From positions 15,235 to 79,234 of the IMG/VR virus record IMGVR_UViG_3300037961_005106: a stretch of DNA of 64,000 bases; one strand, given 5' to 3'. Shown here piece by piece: positions 18,365-24,731 of this stretch. Numbering within the stretch: position 1 is the first letter of the stretch; each line of letters begins with the position of its first letter. The notes beneath the pieces were generated by a model, which worked only from the letters and a program-made list of their open reading frames with translations, did no database searches and was not told where the DNA came from. The DNA comes from a virus. A program made the translations under genes and the position numbers.

Positions 18365-18600
18365 TTGCGCACCGTAAGATGTTTAACCATGGTGTAACCC
18401 ATAGATTTGATGTCAGTAGCTTTAGAAGCAAAGATTCCATTAGGCCCGTACTCCTCAAAGAGTTCGGGCCATGTGGTTAAGATCTTTTGCTGGTTACGTA
18501 AATCAGATCTACGGTAGAGAGCAGCAAGTCCTTTGACAAAACCGCCACCATAGGTTTCCATTCGATCAAGAGTTTGATCAAGGTGTTGAGTAGTAATCAT
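18361..18600 (-). CDS. Hypothetical protein
   Basis: M..YGGGFVK.LA..Y..SD..NQ..I...WPE.F..Y, a common phage early-gene pattern. Confidence 0.65.
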   Translation of the reverse strand: MITTQHLDQTLDRMETYGGGFVKGLAALYRRSDLRNQQKILTTWPELFEEYGPNGIFASKATDIKSMGYTMVKHLTVRK

Positions 18601-18627
18601 GAATTGAATTGAATGAACAGTGAGAGT

Positions 18628-18660
18628 CTAGGACTTACATGTTGGGGATACAATGCCTAG
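18628..18660 (-). repeat. Family I structured spacer element, copy 6
   Basis: CUAGG-CA-UUGUAUCCCCAACAU-GUAAGU-CCUAG. Confidence 0.85.
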
Positions 18661-18723
18661 TAATAAGTATTTACTTAAAGGTATATAAGTATTCTTGGTG
18701 GCCCTCCGGGGGTGCAGGGGGCT

Positions 18724-18915
18724 TTATTGTTCCTTAATGTTTGCCAAGTATCTAGCATATGCTCCCCTCTTTGGGGCACGATACTTTCTATTCTGTGGCT
18801 GTGGCTTCTTAGTTACATAGACACGCTGTCCGTTTCGCATGTAGTAAAGACCTCCGCGTTTACCTTCGATGAGCTCAACGTTAGTAGGCAATGCGCTTAC
18901 ATGATTCAACGTCAT
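18724..18915 (-). CDS. Small basic hypothetical protein
   Basis: G.RGGLYY...G.RVYV motif; ATGA coupling. Confidence 0.6.
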   Translation of the reverse strand: MTLNHVSALPTNVELIEGKRGGLYYMRNGQRVYVTKKPQPQNRKYRAPKRGAYARYLANIKEQ

Positions 18916-19184
18916 TCGTTGTCAGACCACATGTCAGGTTTAGAGTTGTGCTCCGGCAGATCAGGAGTCCTGAAGTCTGGGAGCTCAGTCGATACTACAT
19001 TACGGAAGCTGATTCCGGTACCGGGGAGCCCTAAAGATCCCCGGATGCCGTGTTCGCTAAGGTTTGCTGTGACTTGGAAGGGACCAACCTTGATTGTCTT
19101 GGAGTAGGACTTAACACCACGTTCAGTGATGTTGATGCCTGCAATAGTTTTGTCAAAGTTGATCAGTGATTTCTTTCGTGCCAT
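18912..19184 (-). CDS. DUF4236-like protein
   Basis: KTIKVGPF...NLS..GI..S.G.PGTGISFR. Confidence 0.55.
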   Translation of the reverse strand: MARKKSLINFDKTIAGINITERGVKSYSKTIKVGPFQVTANLSEHGIRGSLGLPGTGISFRNVVSTELPDFRTPDLPEHNSKPDMWSDNE

Positions 19185-19350
19185 GGTTTGTGTGTTGGAG
19201 TGAAGTGACAAAGAAGTAACTAGCTGTATCTCTATGATGTTTGATATGTACGTCAGTCTTGGAGCATCTGATTCTTAACTCAGTGCCATCCGGTAAGATA
19301 ACAAAGAGTGTTTGCTCAGGTAGTGCATCAATTGTTGGCATAGAATACAA
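19153..19350 (-). CDS. Hypothetical protein
   Basis: ORF track. Confidence 0.45.
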   Translation of the reverse strand: MYSMPTIDALPEQTLFVILPDGTELRIRCSKTDVHIKHHRDTASYFFVTSLQHTNHGTKEITDQL

Positions 19351-19381
19351 TGAATGATAAGGTTTGCTTATGTCCTGGATG

Positions 19382-19633
19382 TTATTTCCAGTACATTTGA
19401 CGGATGTAATACCAAAGTACTTCTTCAGTTAAGCTGCACCCTGGGTTCTCCGCCAATAACTTAACTGCTTCGTCAAGTTCTTTTTGTGAACCATTGGCAT
19501 AAGTAACGGACCATGCAACATCTTCCATGCGTTCCCATAAAGCTGTAGCTTCTGGGGTTAACTTGGAATGACGAGGTAGATCACGTCCTTTTGCTTCATA
19601 ATGTTCACCATAAATGTCTTTAACTGTGTCCAT
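19382..19633 (-). CDS. Hypothetical protein
   Basis: ORF track; preceded by a family I element. Confidence 0.6.
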   Translation of the reverse strand: MDTVKDIYGEHYEAKGRDLPRHSKLTPEATALWERMEDVAWSVTYANGSQKELDEAVKLLAENPGCSLTEEVLWYYIRQMYWK

Positions 19634-19661
19634 AAATTAAGTTAAGTTGACATGAAAAAGC

Positions 19662-19689
19662 CTGGGACTTACGCATGATAGCTGCCCAG
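19662..19689 (-). repeat. Family I structured spacer element, copy 7
   Basis: CUGGG-CA-GCUAUCAUGC-GUAAGU-CCCAG. Confidence 0.85.
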
Positions 19690-19716
19690 AAGTGAGTTAG
19701 AGTCTGTTGTTAGTAT

Positions 19717-20085
19717 CTAGCAATAGTGAGGCCGCTCGGTGGGATAGTGTGTTGCATACCCTGAGCCGAGGGTGGCCTGAGTTGCGGAAAGATTTCGACT
19801 GTCACAGATGCTTCCTTGGTTGAATAGGTCGTAATGTTTCGTGAGTTCGAGGCAACGTCTGATGCATTGCTTTTTGGAGAAGATGCAGTGGGTGGCGATG
19901 GCTTGACCAACTTCGTACCACCATCCTCCTTCTTCTGGCCCACCGTACGCTTGGTAGACTTCGTGGATTTTGATTGTCTTTGGGGCTTCACCACTAAAGC
20001 TTTCTGCCCAGTTGTATTGGTCAATCCAATATCTTGTTGCGCCTGTACGGGGGTAACGTTTGAGGTAGGCGTTTGCGAGGGCCAT
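19717..20085 (-). CDS. Hypothetical protein
   Basis: AYGGPEEGGWWY and YP..RPHYC motifs, recalled from phage early proteins. Confidence 0.7.
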   Translation of the reverse strand: MALANAYLKRYPRTGATRYWIDQYNWAESFSGEAPKTIKIHEVYQAYGGPEEGGWWYEVGQAIATHCIFSKKQCIRRCLELTKHYDLFNQGSICDSRNLSATQATLGSGYATHYPTERPHYC

Positions 20086-20139
20086 AGAAGAAGTGATAGA
20101 AGAGCAAGAATGTGATCGATGATGTGGTATTCAGTTGTG

Positions 20140-20319
20140 TTAGAACTTCCCATCAGGATGCTGTGAGATAAAGTTTTCGTAGTCAGGATCAATGCCTTCG
20201 GGAGGATCCATTTCCTCTCGCATTGCTTGCTCCTGTTGATAGGCGATGTCAGCAAGGATGTCAATCTCATCCTGCTTAATTTGTTTAGTGAGGCGGTCGA
20301 GTTCAGACATGGTTGACAT
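20140..20319 (-). CDS. Hypothetical acidic protein (start reassigned to ATG 20319)
   Basis: The ORF-track N-terminal extension runs through family I copy 8. Confidence 0.55.
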   Translation of the reverse strand: MSTMSELDRLTKQIKQDEIDILADIAYQQEQAMREEMDPPEGIDPDYENFISQHPDGKF

Positions 20320-20345
20320 GATGTTAAATTGAATGGGTATTAAAG

Positions 20346-20410
20346 ACTGGGACTTACGTTGTTGAGGTACTCCAGGTATTGGCCTGATGTAATTCGACAT
20401 ACTGCCCAGT
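20346..20410 (-). repeat. Family I structured spacer element, copy 8 (long apical insert)
   Basis: ACUGGG-CA-GU...AC-GUAAGU-CCCAGU. Confidence 0.75.
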
Positions 20411-20415
20411 GCATT

Positions 20416-20775
20416 TTACTGAGGTGGACTACATGCATCAGCGTAGAGAAAACTACCGCTCCAGTCAGCCTTATGTAACGCAGCCGCATAAGAACTGTCG
20501 TTTAATAAGTTGTAACGTACTTGACGTATTGGAGAACAATAGGAGGCAGGCTTGTAAACATTCCCTTTGCTATCAATGAAGCACCATGTTTCAGTAGTAG
20601 GACCACCCAACATGTTCTTCCATGAGATTGTTAGCTCAAGTCTGATGTACTTTCTACCTTGGTATTGACGGAATGTAAGAGATTTCTCACGTTCCTTAAC
20701 ACCTTTTCGATAGTACTTACTGATGGCAGACTCAGTAAGGTTGTTGATGCGTTCTTGAAGGATTGATGTTGTCAT
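20416..20775 (-). CDS. Cyanophage-type hypothetical protein
   Basis: GRKY.R...FID..G.VYKPAS...P...VRY.L...DW.G.FLY. Confidence 0.7.
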   Translation of the reverse strand: MTTSILQERINNLTESAISKYYRKGVKEREKSLTFRQYQGRKYIRLELTISWKNMLGGPTTETWCFIDSKGNVYKPASYCSPIRQVRYNLLNDSSYAAALHKADWSGSFLYADACSPPQ

Positions 20776-20777
20776 GA

Positions 20778-20975
20778 TTAACAGGCAGGTCCATAGTATT
20801 TCTCCAGCCCCCTGGGACAGACCGGTGACTCATAGTTGAGTGCATAAGTGCCTGCACCTATCAGTGCTAGGCATGTAATGACACCAACAATGATGGGCGC
20901 TGTGAGAGGGGGACGGGAGTATGAATCGAGTGTGACGTACTTGTTCTTGCCAAGACGTACTGTGTGAATTGCCAT
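20778..20975 (-). CDS. Small membrane protein (likely start MAIHTV)
   Basis: Hydrophobic IIVGVITCLALIGAG; ATG just after the upstream stop. Confidence 0.5.
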   Translation of the reverse strand: MAIHTVRLGKNKYVTLDSYSRPPLTAPIIVGVITCLALIGAGTYALNYESPVCPRGLEKYYGPAC

Positions 20976-20976
20976 G

Positions 20977-21240
20977 TCAAGTCTGCGTATTGAGTTTGAA
21001 GGTGTCAAGATGTTTAGTAATGAAACCAGAATCCCAGATAGTAGGTAAGCATTGCTCACTTACTGTTTCTTGGATGCCATCGACAATGGTCATGACACGA
21101 CACCAATTAGTGTTCTTGTCAGGATGATGTGCGATAACGCAGGCAGTATAGTCATCTCCTTCTGAGAAGACCATCCACTTAAGTTCCTGGGCTTGTTTGA
21201 TTGCCCATTCCCTAAGCTCACTAGTCGTTGGTGAAGTCAT
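20977..21240 (-). CDS. Hypothetical protein
   Basis: ORF track; preceded by a family I element. Confidence 0.6.
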   Translation of the reverse strand: MTSPTTSELREWAIKQAQELKWMVFSEGDDYTACVIAHHPDKNTNWCRVMTIVDGIQETVSEQCLPTIWDSGFITKHLDTFKLNTQT

Positions 21241-21259
21241 TTGGAATTGAATGAGGTGT

Positions 21260-21295
21260 ACCCTGGGACTTATACACTGATGTGATGCCCAGGGT
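21260..21295 (-). repeat. Family I structured spacer element, copy 9
   Basis: ACCCUGGG-CA-UCACAUCAGUGU-AUAAGU-CCCAGGGU. Confidence 0.8.
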
Positions 21296-21416
21296 GTAGT
21301 TATAGTTACAATTTAGTTGTAAAGAGATGCATACAATTACTACAGTTGAATTAATAGAATGGCAGTAGCAACAGTTGTATGCATGCTCGGGATGAGTGCG
21401 TTAGGTGCTTGGTTAT

Positions 21417-21776
21417 TTACACCGCGTACTCGTATGTGAACTGACGCTCTAGTTGATGCCAAGCATTACGACAAGCGTCATAGATCTCCTTGCGATTCTT
21501 ATACACAATCACTGCTCCTTCCCAGGTAAGCTGAGTTAGCAGAATGATTAATGCAATCGCATGGATAATTAACCACCGTAGTGGTTTATGTAGATGTCTA
21601 CGGTAGAACTTACCTACCTGGTAGCCAGCATTGTATGTGTGACGAACGAGGTTCGCCATGAAGTTGAGGCAGAACAGAATAGCTGTGATGCTAAACAGTT
21701 CGCCGCCGATAGCGTAAAGACGTACGGCAGCAGTGATGAAGCTGTCAACATGAGACAGCAGATGAAGAGTAGTCAT
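21417..21776 (-). CDS. Hypothetical membrane protein
   Basis: Two hydrophobic segments; TY.AG..VG..Y motif. Confidence 0.6.
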   Translation of the reverse strand: MTTLHLLSHVDSFITAAVRLYAIGGELFSITAILFCLNFMANLVRHTYNAGYQVGKFYRRHLHKPLRWLIIHAIALIILLTQLTWEGAVIVYKNRKEIYDACRNAWHQLERQFTYEYAV

Positions 21777-21798
21777 GAGTTTGAATTGAATAAAGGAT

Positions 21799-21852
21799 TG
21801 TGCAGGAGTGAGTCCTGCAGAAAACCCCCGAAGGGGCTTAGTGCAGAAGTCA
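21799..21852 (-). repeat. Family II structured spacer element, copy 1
   Basis: UGACUU-CUGCA-CU-AAGCCCC-UUCG-GGGGUUU-UC-UGCAG-GACUCACUCCUGCACA. Confidence 0.75.
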
Positions 21853-22176
21853 TTTAGACATAAGACTTTCTAGGTATTCACGTTCAAGGCAAATACCGTA
21901 GTTGTAGTAGTCTTTCATCTCTTCCCATAGATCTTTAACCCTGGTAGGCATCTCCATCAATGTACGAACATCGATGTCAATCCATTCATAGTTACCATCG
22001 AAGTTTGGCGTTGCAACGATGCCCCACTTTTGGAAGTGAAGCTGTGTTGATTCACCACCGTACCAAGCGATACGATAGATACGTTTGTCAGCATCGACAG
22101 GACGATCAGGTTGATAGATAAGAAGATCACGTTTGATAGACGGCCAGGTGGATGGGTCGTCAGTGTATTCAGTCAT
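21850..22176 (-). CDS. Hypothetical protein
   Basis: ORF track; flanked by the two family II elements. Confidence 0.6.
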   Translation of the reverse strand: MTEYTDDPSTWPSIKRDLLIYQPDRPVDADKRIYRIAWYGGESTQLHFQKWGIVATPNFDGNYEWIDIDVRTLMEMPTRVKDLWEEMKDYYNYGICLEREYLESLMSK

Positions 22177-22200
22177 TGGTTTGACTTAAGTTGAGTTGAA

Positions 22201-22254
22201 CACAGGATGTAGAGTCCTGCAGAGAAGGGCCGAAGCCCCTCAGTGCAGAAGTCA
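22201..22254 (-). repeat. Family II structured spacer element, copy 2
   Basis: UGACUU-CUGCA-CU-GAGGGGC-UUCG-GCCCUUC-UC-UGCAG-GACUCUACAUCCUGUG. Confidence 0.75.
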
Positions 22255-22256
22255 GG

Positions 22257-22403
22257 TTACTTCCTTCTACCTTGATAGATTTTGAAAGCAAGGAAAGCAC
22301 ATGCAGCACCAACTGGTAGGCCGACTAAAGCAGCCATACCAATAATGCCAGCACTTGTTCCATAAGATACAAGATCATCGGTAGATTTAGAGAGTTTGGT
22401 CAT
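22257..22403 (-). CDS. Small membrane protein, 48 aa (not in ORF track)
   Basis: Hand translation MTKLSKSTDDLVSYGTSAGIIGMAALVGLPVGAACAFLAFKIYQGRRK; ATGA coupling. Confidence 0.5.
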   Translation of the reverse strand: MTKLSKSTDDLVSYGTSAGIIGMAALVGLPVGAACAFLAFKIYQGRRK

Positions 22404-22594
22404 TGACCTAGATAGCGAATGTGCATACAAGCTTTAGCATCACCTACCCACGATGTTAACGTGACTATGCGATGGTAATCAGGTTGAGCTCTGCAAGTCT
22501 CTATTGCACGTTGGTTCAGATGCTTCTGACCAGCAACAGATAGAAGACCTCCTAAACCTATGCCTAGAATTACAGCAAGGTACGACTTAGCCAT
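22400..22594 (-). CDS. Small protein with N-terminal TM/signal segment
   Basis: LAVILGIGLGGLLSVAG. Confidence 0.55.
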   Translation of the reverse strand: MAKSYLAVILGIGLGGLLSVAGQKHLNQRAIETCRAQPDYHRIVTLTSWVGDAKACMHIRYLGQ

Positions 22595-22614
22595 AGTTAC
22601 AAATAAGAATGAAG

Positions 22615-22638
22615 AAAAAAGGGGACTTTACAGCCCCC
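22615..22638 (-). terminator. Terminator-like hairpin that is also a minimal family I variant
   Basis: GGGGG-CU-GUAAAGU-CCCC-UUUUUU on the minus strand. Confidence 0.55.
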
Positions 22639-22646
22639 TGGTTTGG

Positions 22647-23012
22647 TCAGGAAACAATAGATGCTTCAACAACTACTGCTTCAACATCTGGAGCACCATG
22701 GTGGCGTGTGTGTGCTTGTTGATACTTCACTTCACGCTCATCACGTGAGCGCTTATAGGTATCACCCTGTTCTGCTGAGCAGGTATGCACGTTGCCACGG
22801 GCACTGACATAGATGTAACAGTTATGTTCTTGTGACCACTGACCTTGATGATAAGCAAGGGCTTCATCGTTGTACTCATAACCGAACTTGACGGTATGAG
22901 TTTTCTTGAAGCCATCCTCATCTGTCCAACAGGCTGAGAGCCTGGTGAGACGATCAGCTTCTTCTTCGATCATCTGGATGGAAGGAACCATCAGTCGCAA
23001 TGCGTTAAGCAT
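22647..23012 (-). CDS. Hypothetical protein (start reassigned to ATG 23012, MLNALR)
   Basis: The ORF-track extension runs through family III copy C. Confidence 0.6.
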   Translation of the reverse strand: MLNALRLMVPSIQMIEEEADRLTRLSACWTDEDGFKKTHTVKFGYEYNDEALAYHQGQWSQEHNCYIYVSARGNVHTCSAEQGDTYKRSRDEREVKYQQAHTRHHGAPDVEAVVVEASIVS

Positions 23013-23024
23013 GAGTTGCGTTGA

Positions 23025-23100
23025 GTTGTGTGGTGCCCATCTCCACTGAGGGCAATAACTGGACCAGGGTTTGCACCTGGTCACCCGCTTTAACGGATCA
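23025..23100 (-). repeat. Family III structured element, copy C (T-loop hairpin plus pseudoknot-like module)
   Basis: CCGUUAAAGCGG-GU-GACCAGG UGCAAAC CCUGGUC-CAGUUAU-UGCCC UCA GUGG AGAU GGGCA CCAC ACA. Confidence 0.85.
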
Positions 23101-23331
23101 GCTAAGCAGCTTGATTGCATACTTGGCAATCTCTGCTGCATGTTCCCTGGTTAGTACCTGGGAGTGTCCGTCCTCCATCAGATTTCTAATCTGTTGGAAG
23201 ACAATCTCGCCAGACTCTTCACGAGTAGGAACGTGAGTTTCCTCACGAAGGCGAGTGGGTAACCCCATCTCTTGTGCTGCCATCGCATCAGGCGATGTAG
23301 CGTAAAGAGCGGAGTTGGTGTAGTTGGTCAC
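23098..23331 (-). CDS. Hypothetical protein (GTG start 23331)
   Basis: AGGAG 7 nt upstream of the GTG; in frame with ORF track 23098..23391. Confidence 0.6.
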   Translation of the reverse strand: MTNYTNSALYATSPDAMAAQEMGLPTRLREETHVPTREESGEIVFQQIRNLMEDGHSQVLTREHAAEIAKYAIKLLS

Positions 23332-23345
23332 AGGTATTCTCCTGT

Positions 23346-23418
23346 GTGTGCAGTGCCTATCTCTGCTGGAGGCAATAACTGTCAGGGGCATTGAACCCCT
23401 GATGCCAGCCTTTACTGG
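23346..23418 (-). repeat. Family III structured element, copy B
   Basis: CCAGUAAAGGCUGG-CA-UCAGGGG UUCAAUG CCCCUGA-CAGUUAU-UGCCU CCA GCAG AGAU AGGCA CUGC ACAC. Confidence 0.85.
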
Positions 23419-23603
23419 TCAGCTAAGGCAGCTAACTCTGCACGAGTTGGCAGTCCGGCTTCAATGTCAATTAAATCCTGTTCGCATTCAATGACAGTGT
23501 CACCCCCGTAGACGTACGGAGGCTGACCATCTTTCTCAGCCATCTCATTGAGAGTGGTTGGAAAGGTAAGGTCATAACCGGGAACCTTGTTGTTGGTGCT
23601 CAC
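23412..23603 (-). CDS. Hypothetical acidic protein (GTG start 23603)
   Basis: AGGAG 6 nt upstream of the GTG; C-terminal part of ORF track 23412..23843. Confidence 0.6.
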   Translation of the reverse strand: MSTNNKVPGYDLTFPTTLNEMAEKDGQPPYVYGGDTVIECEQDLIDIEAGLPTRAELAALADQ

Positions 23604-23616
23604 AGGTAACTCCTGC

Positions 23617-23691
23617 GTGTGCGGTACCCATCTCCGCTGTGGGTAAGAAGTGCCAGGGGGATTGCACCCCTGGTCCCGCTTTAACGGATCA
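23617..23691 (-). repeat. Family III structured element, copy A
   Basis: CCGUUAAAGCGG-GA-CCAGGGG UGCAAUC CCCCUGG-CACUUCU-UACCC ACA GCGG AGAU GGGUA CCGC ACAC. Confidence 0.85.
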
Positions 23692-23856
23692 CTTGTTAAG
23701 CAGTTGCTGGTACCAACGGCGAGCCATAGCAACACTGCAACGTGCTTGTTGATCTCTTCCTTGCTGTCCTTTACGGACAAGCTTGGATACAAGTGCTTGA
23801 TCTCCTTTGATCTCAAAGAAGTAAACAGCTTGTTTAGTCTCAAGTGCGTAAGACAT
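23689..23856 (-). CDS. First gene of the leftward early unit, 55 aa (not in ORF track)
   Basis: Hand translation MSYALETKQAVYFFEIKGDQALVSKLVRKGQQGRDQQARCSVAMARRWYQQLLNK; its stop begins family III copy A. Confidence 0.55.
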   Translation of the reverse strand: MSYALETKQAVYFFEIKGDQALVSKLVRKGQQGRDQQARCSVAMARRWYQQLLNK

Positions 23857-23994
23857 GATGTTGAAGTGAATGGAACGTTGCTACGTTTAACGTCCAGCTT
23901 GACGGTTGTTGATCGCTACAATCTTTCTTGGACTTCAGCGCTAGAGAGCGCGAAATAACGAGTAAAAGGCGGCAAACAACAGATGGAAAGACTG

Positions 23995-24034
23995 TTTTCC
24001 ACAGGATTGTGGATTAATTACTGAGTTTTCCACA
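23995..24034. promoter_or_regulatory. Cluster of DnaA-box-like 9-mers at the strand switch
   Basis: TTTTCCACA at 23995 and 24026; inverted TGTGGATTA (1 mismatch) at 24008. Confidence 0.55.
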
Positions 24035-24399
24035 TGACAATTGAATTATTGTCTGTGAAATTCACACTGTCCTCCTGACTTCCCACCCAATTCATTCCTT
24101 TCATATATACAAAGGCCCACCCTTATTTTTTTTCTATACGCATTCGCAGTCGGACAACGTGTGTGAGGAGTGTTAGGTAATTATTAACCCATTTCGGGTA
24201 AAAAGTTGGCGTTTTAAACAAAAAATAGGTTGCACAAAAAGTCGTCGTTTAGGTATCCCCCTGGTAATAATTAGCCCAAACTTTTGTTATTAAAAACTAT
24301 TGTTTTAATTTACTAATATAACTTTTCATATAAAATTTTGTAGCCCAAAACGTCGTCAAAACTGACGTTTACCCCAAACAATTACCCCAAAGTTGCGGG

Positions 24400-24639
24400 T
24401 TACTTCCGTGCTAAATCTTTATATGCTTTAGCTGCTTTAGCTGCTTCTCCCATTTTTCCGGTATCACCAATTTCACGGGCTAATTCACGCTTAGCACCCT
24501 GGGCAAAAGTCTGTACTTCTAGGGGTGTAGCCCCTTTATCAGCCATATCCTGCGCTGCAGTAGCAATACCTTCCAGTGCAACACCGCGTTGTAGGTTTTG
24601 TTCTTTTGTAAGCGGGGCTTCTAACATGTTATCTGCCAC
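24400..24639 (-). CDS. Small Ala-rich protein ending AAKAAKAYK
   Basis: ORF track. Confidence 0.6.
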   Translation of the reverse strand: MADNMLEAPLTKEQNLQRGVALEGIATAAQDMADKGATPLEVQTFAQGAKRELAREIGDTGKMGEAAKAAKAYKDLARK

Positions 24640-24731
24640 TTTTTATAGATATAGTCTATCTTAAGTACAATTTTCTAAATTTTTCGGCTTAAAATAAGTT
24701 TATTAGTCAATAATTAGTTGATATTAAGTAA

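Noticed and set aside
19710-20270. 186 aa ORF overlapping 19717-20085 and 20140-20319
   Set aside because: Shadow frame with Ser/Thr/Lys-rich composition; the nested ORF carries the recognisable motifs
9444-23691. Repeated hairpins as a CRISPR array or integron attC cassette array
   Set aside because: Copies are separated by whole genes, not 30-40 nt spacers; there is no cas operon, no GTTRRRY/RYYYAAC core sites and no intact IntI
23025-23691. Family III as degenerate tRNA genes or a known self-cleaving ribozyme
   Set aside because: No cloverleaf, D-arm or anticodon arm; lacks hammerhead CUGAnGA/GAAA, twister-sister GCUCA/GCAAG and pistol cores; kept as an unknown motif
22647-23843. ORF-track N-terminal extensions sharing DPLKR..C.P..S..PQ.RW.PH
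   Set aside because: The apparent protein similarity is just translation through family III elements; real starts are downstream
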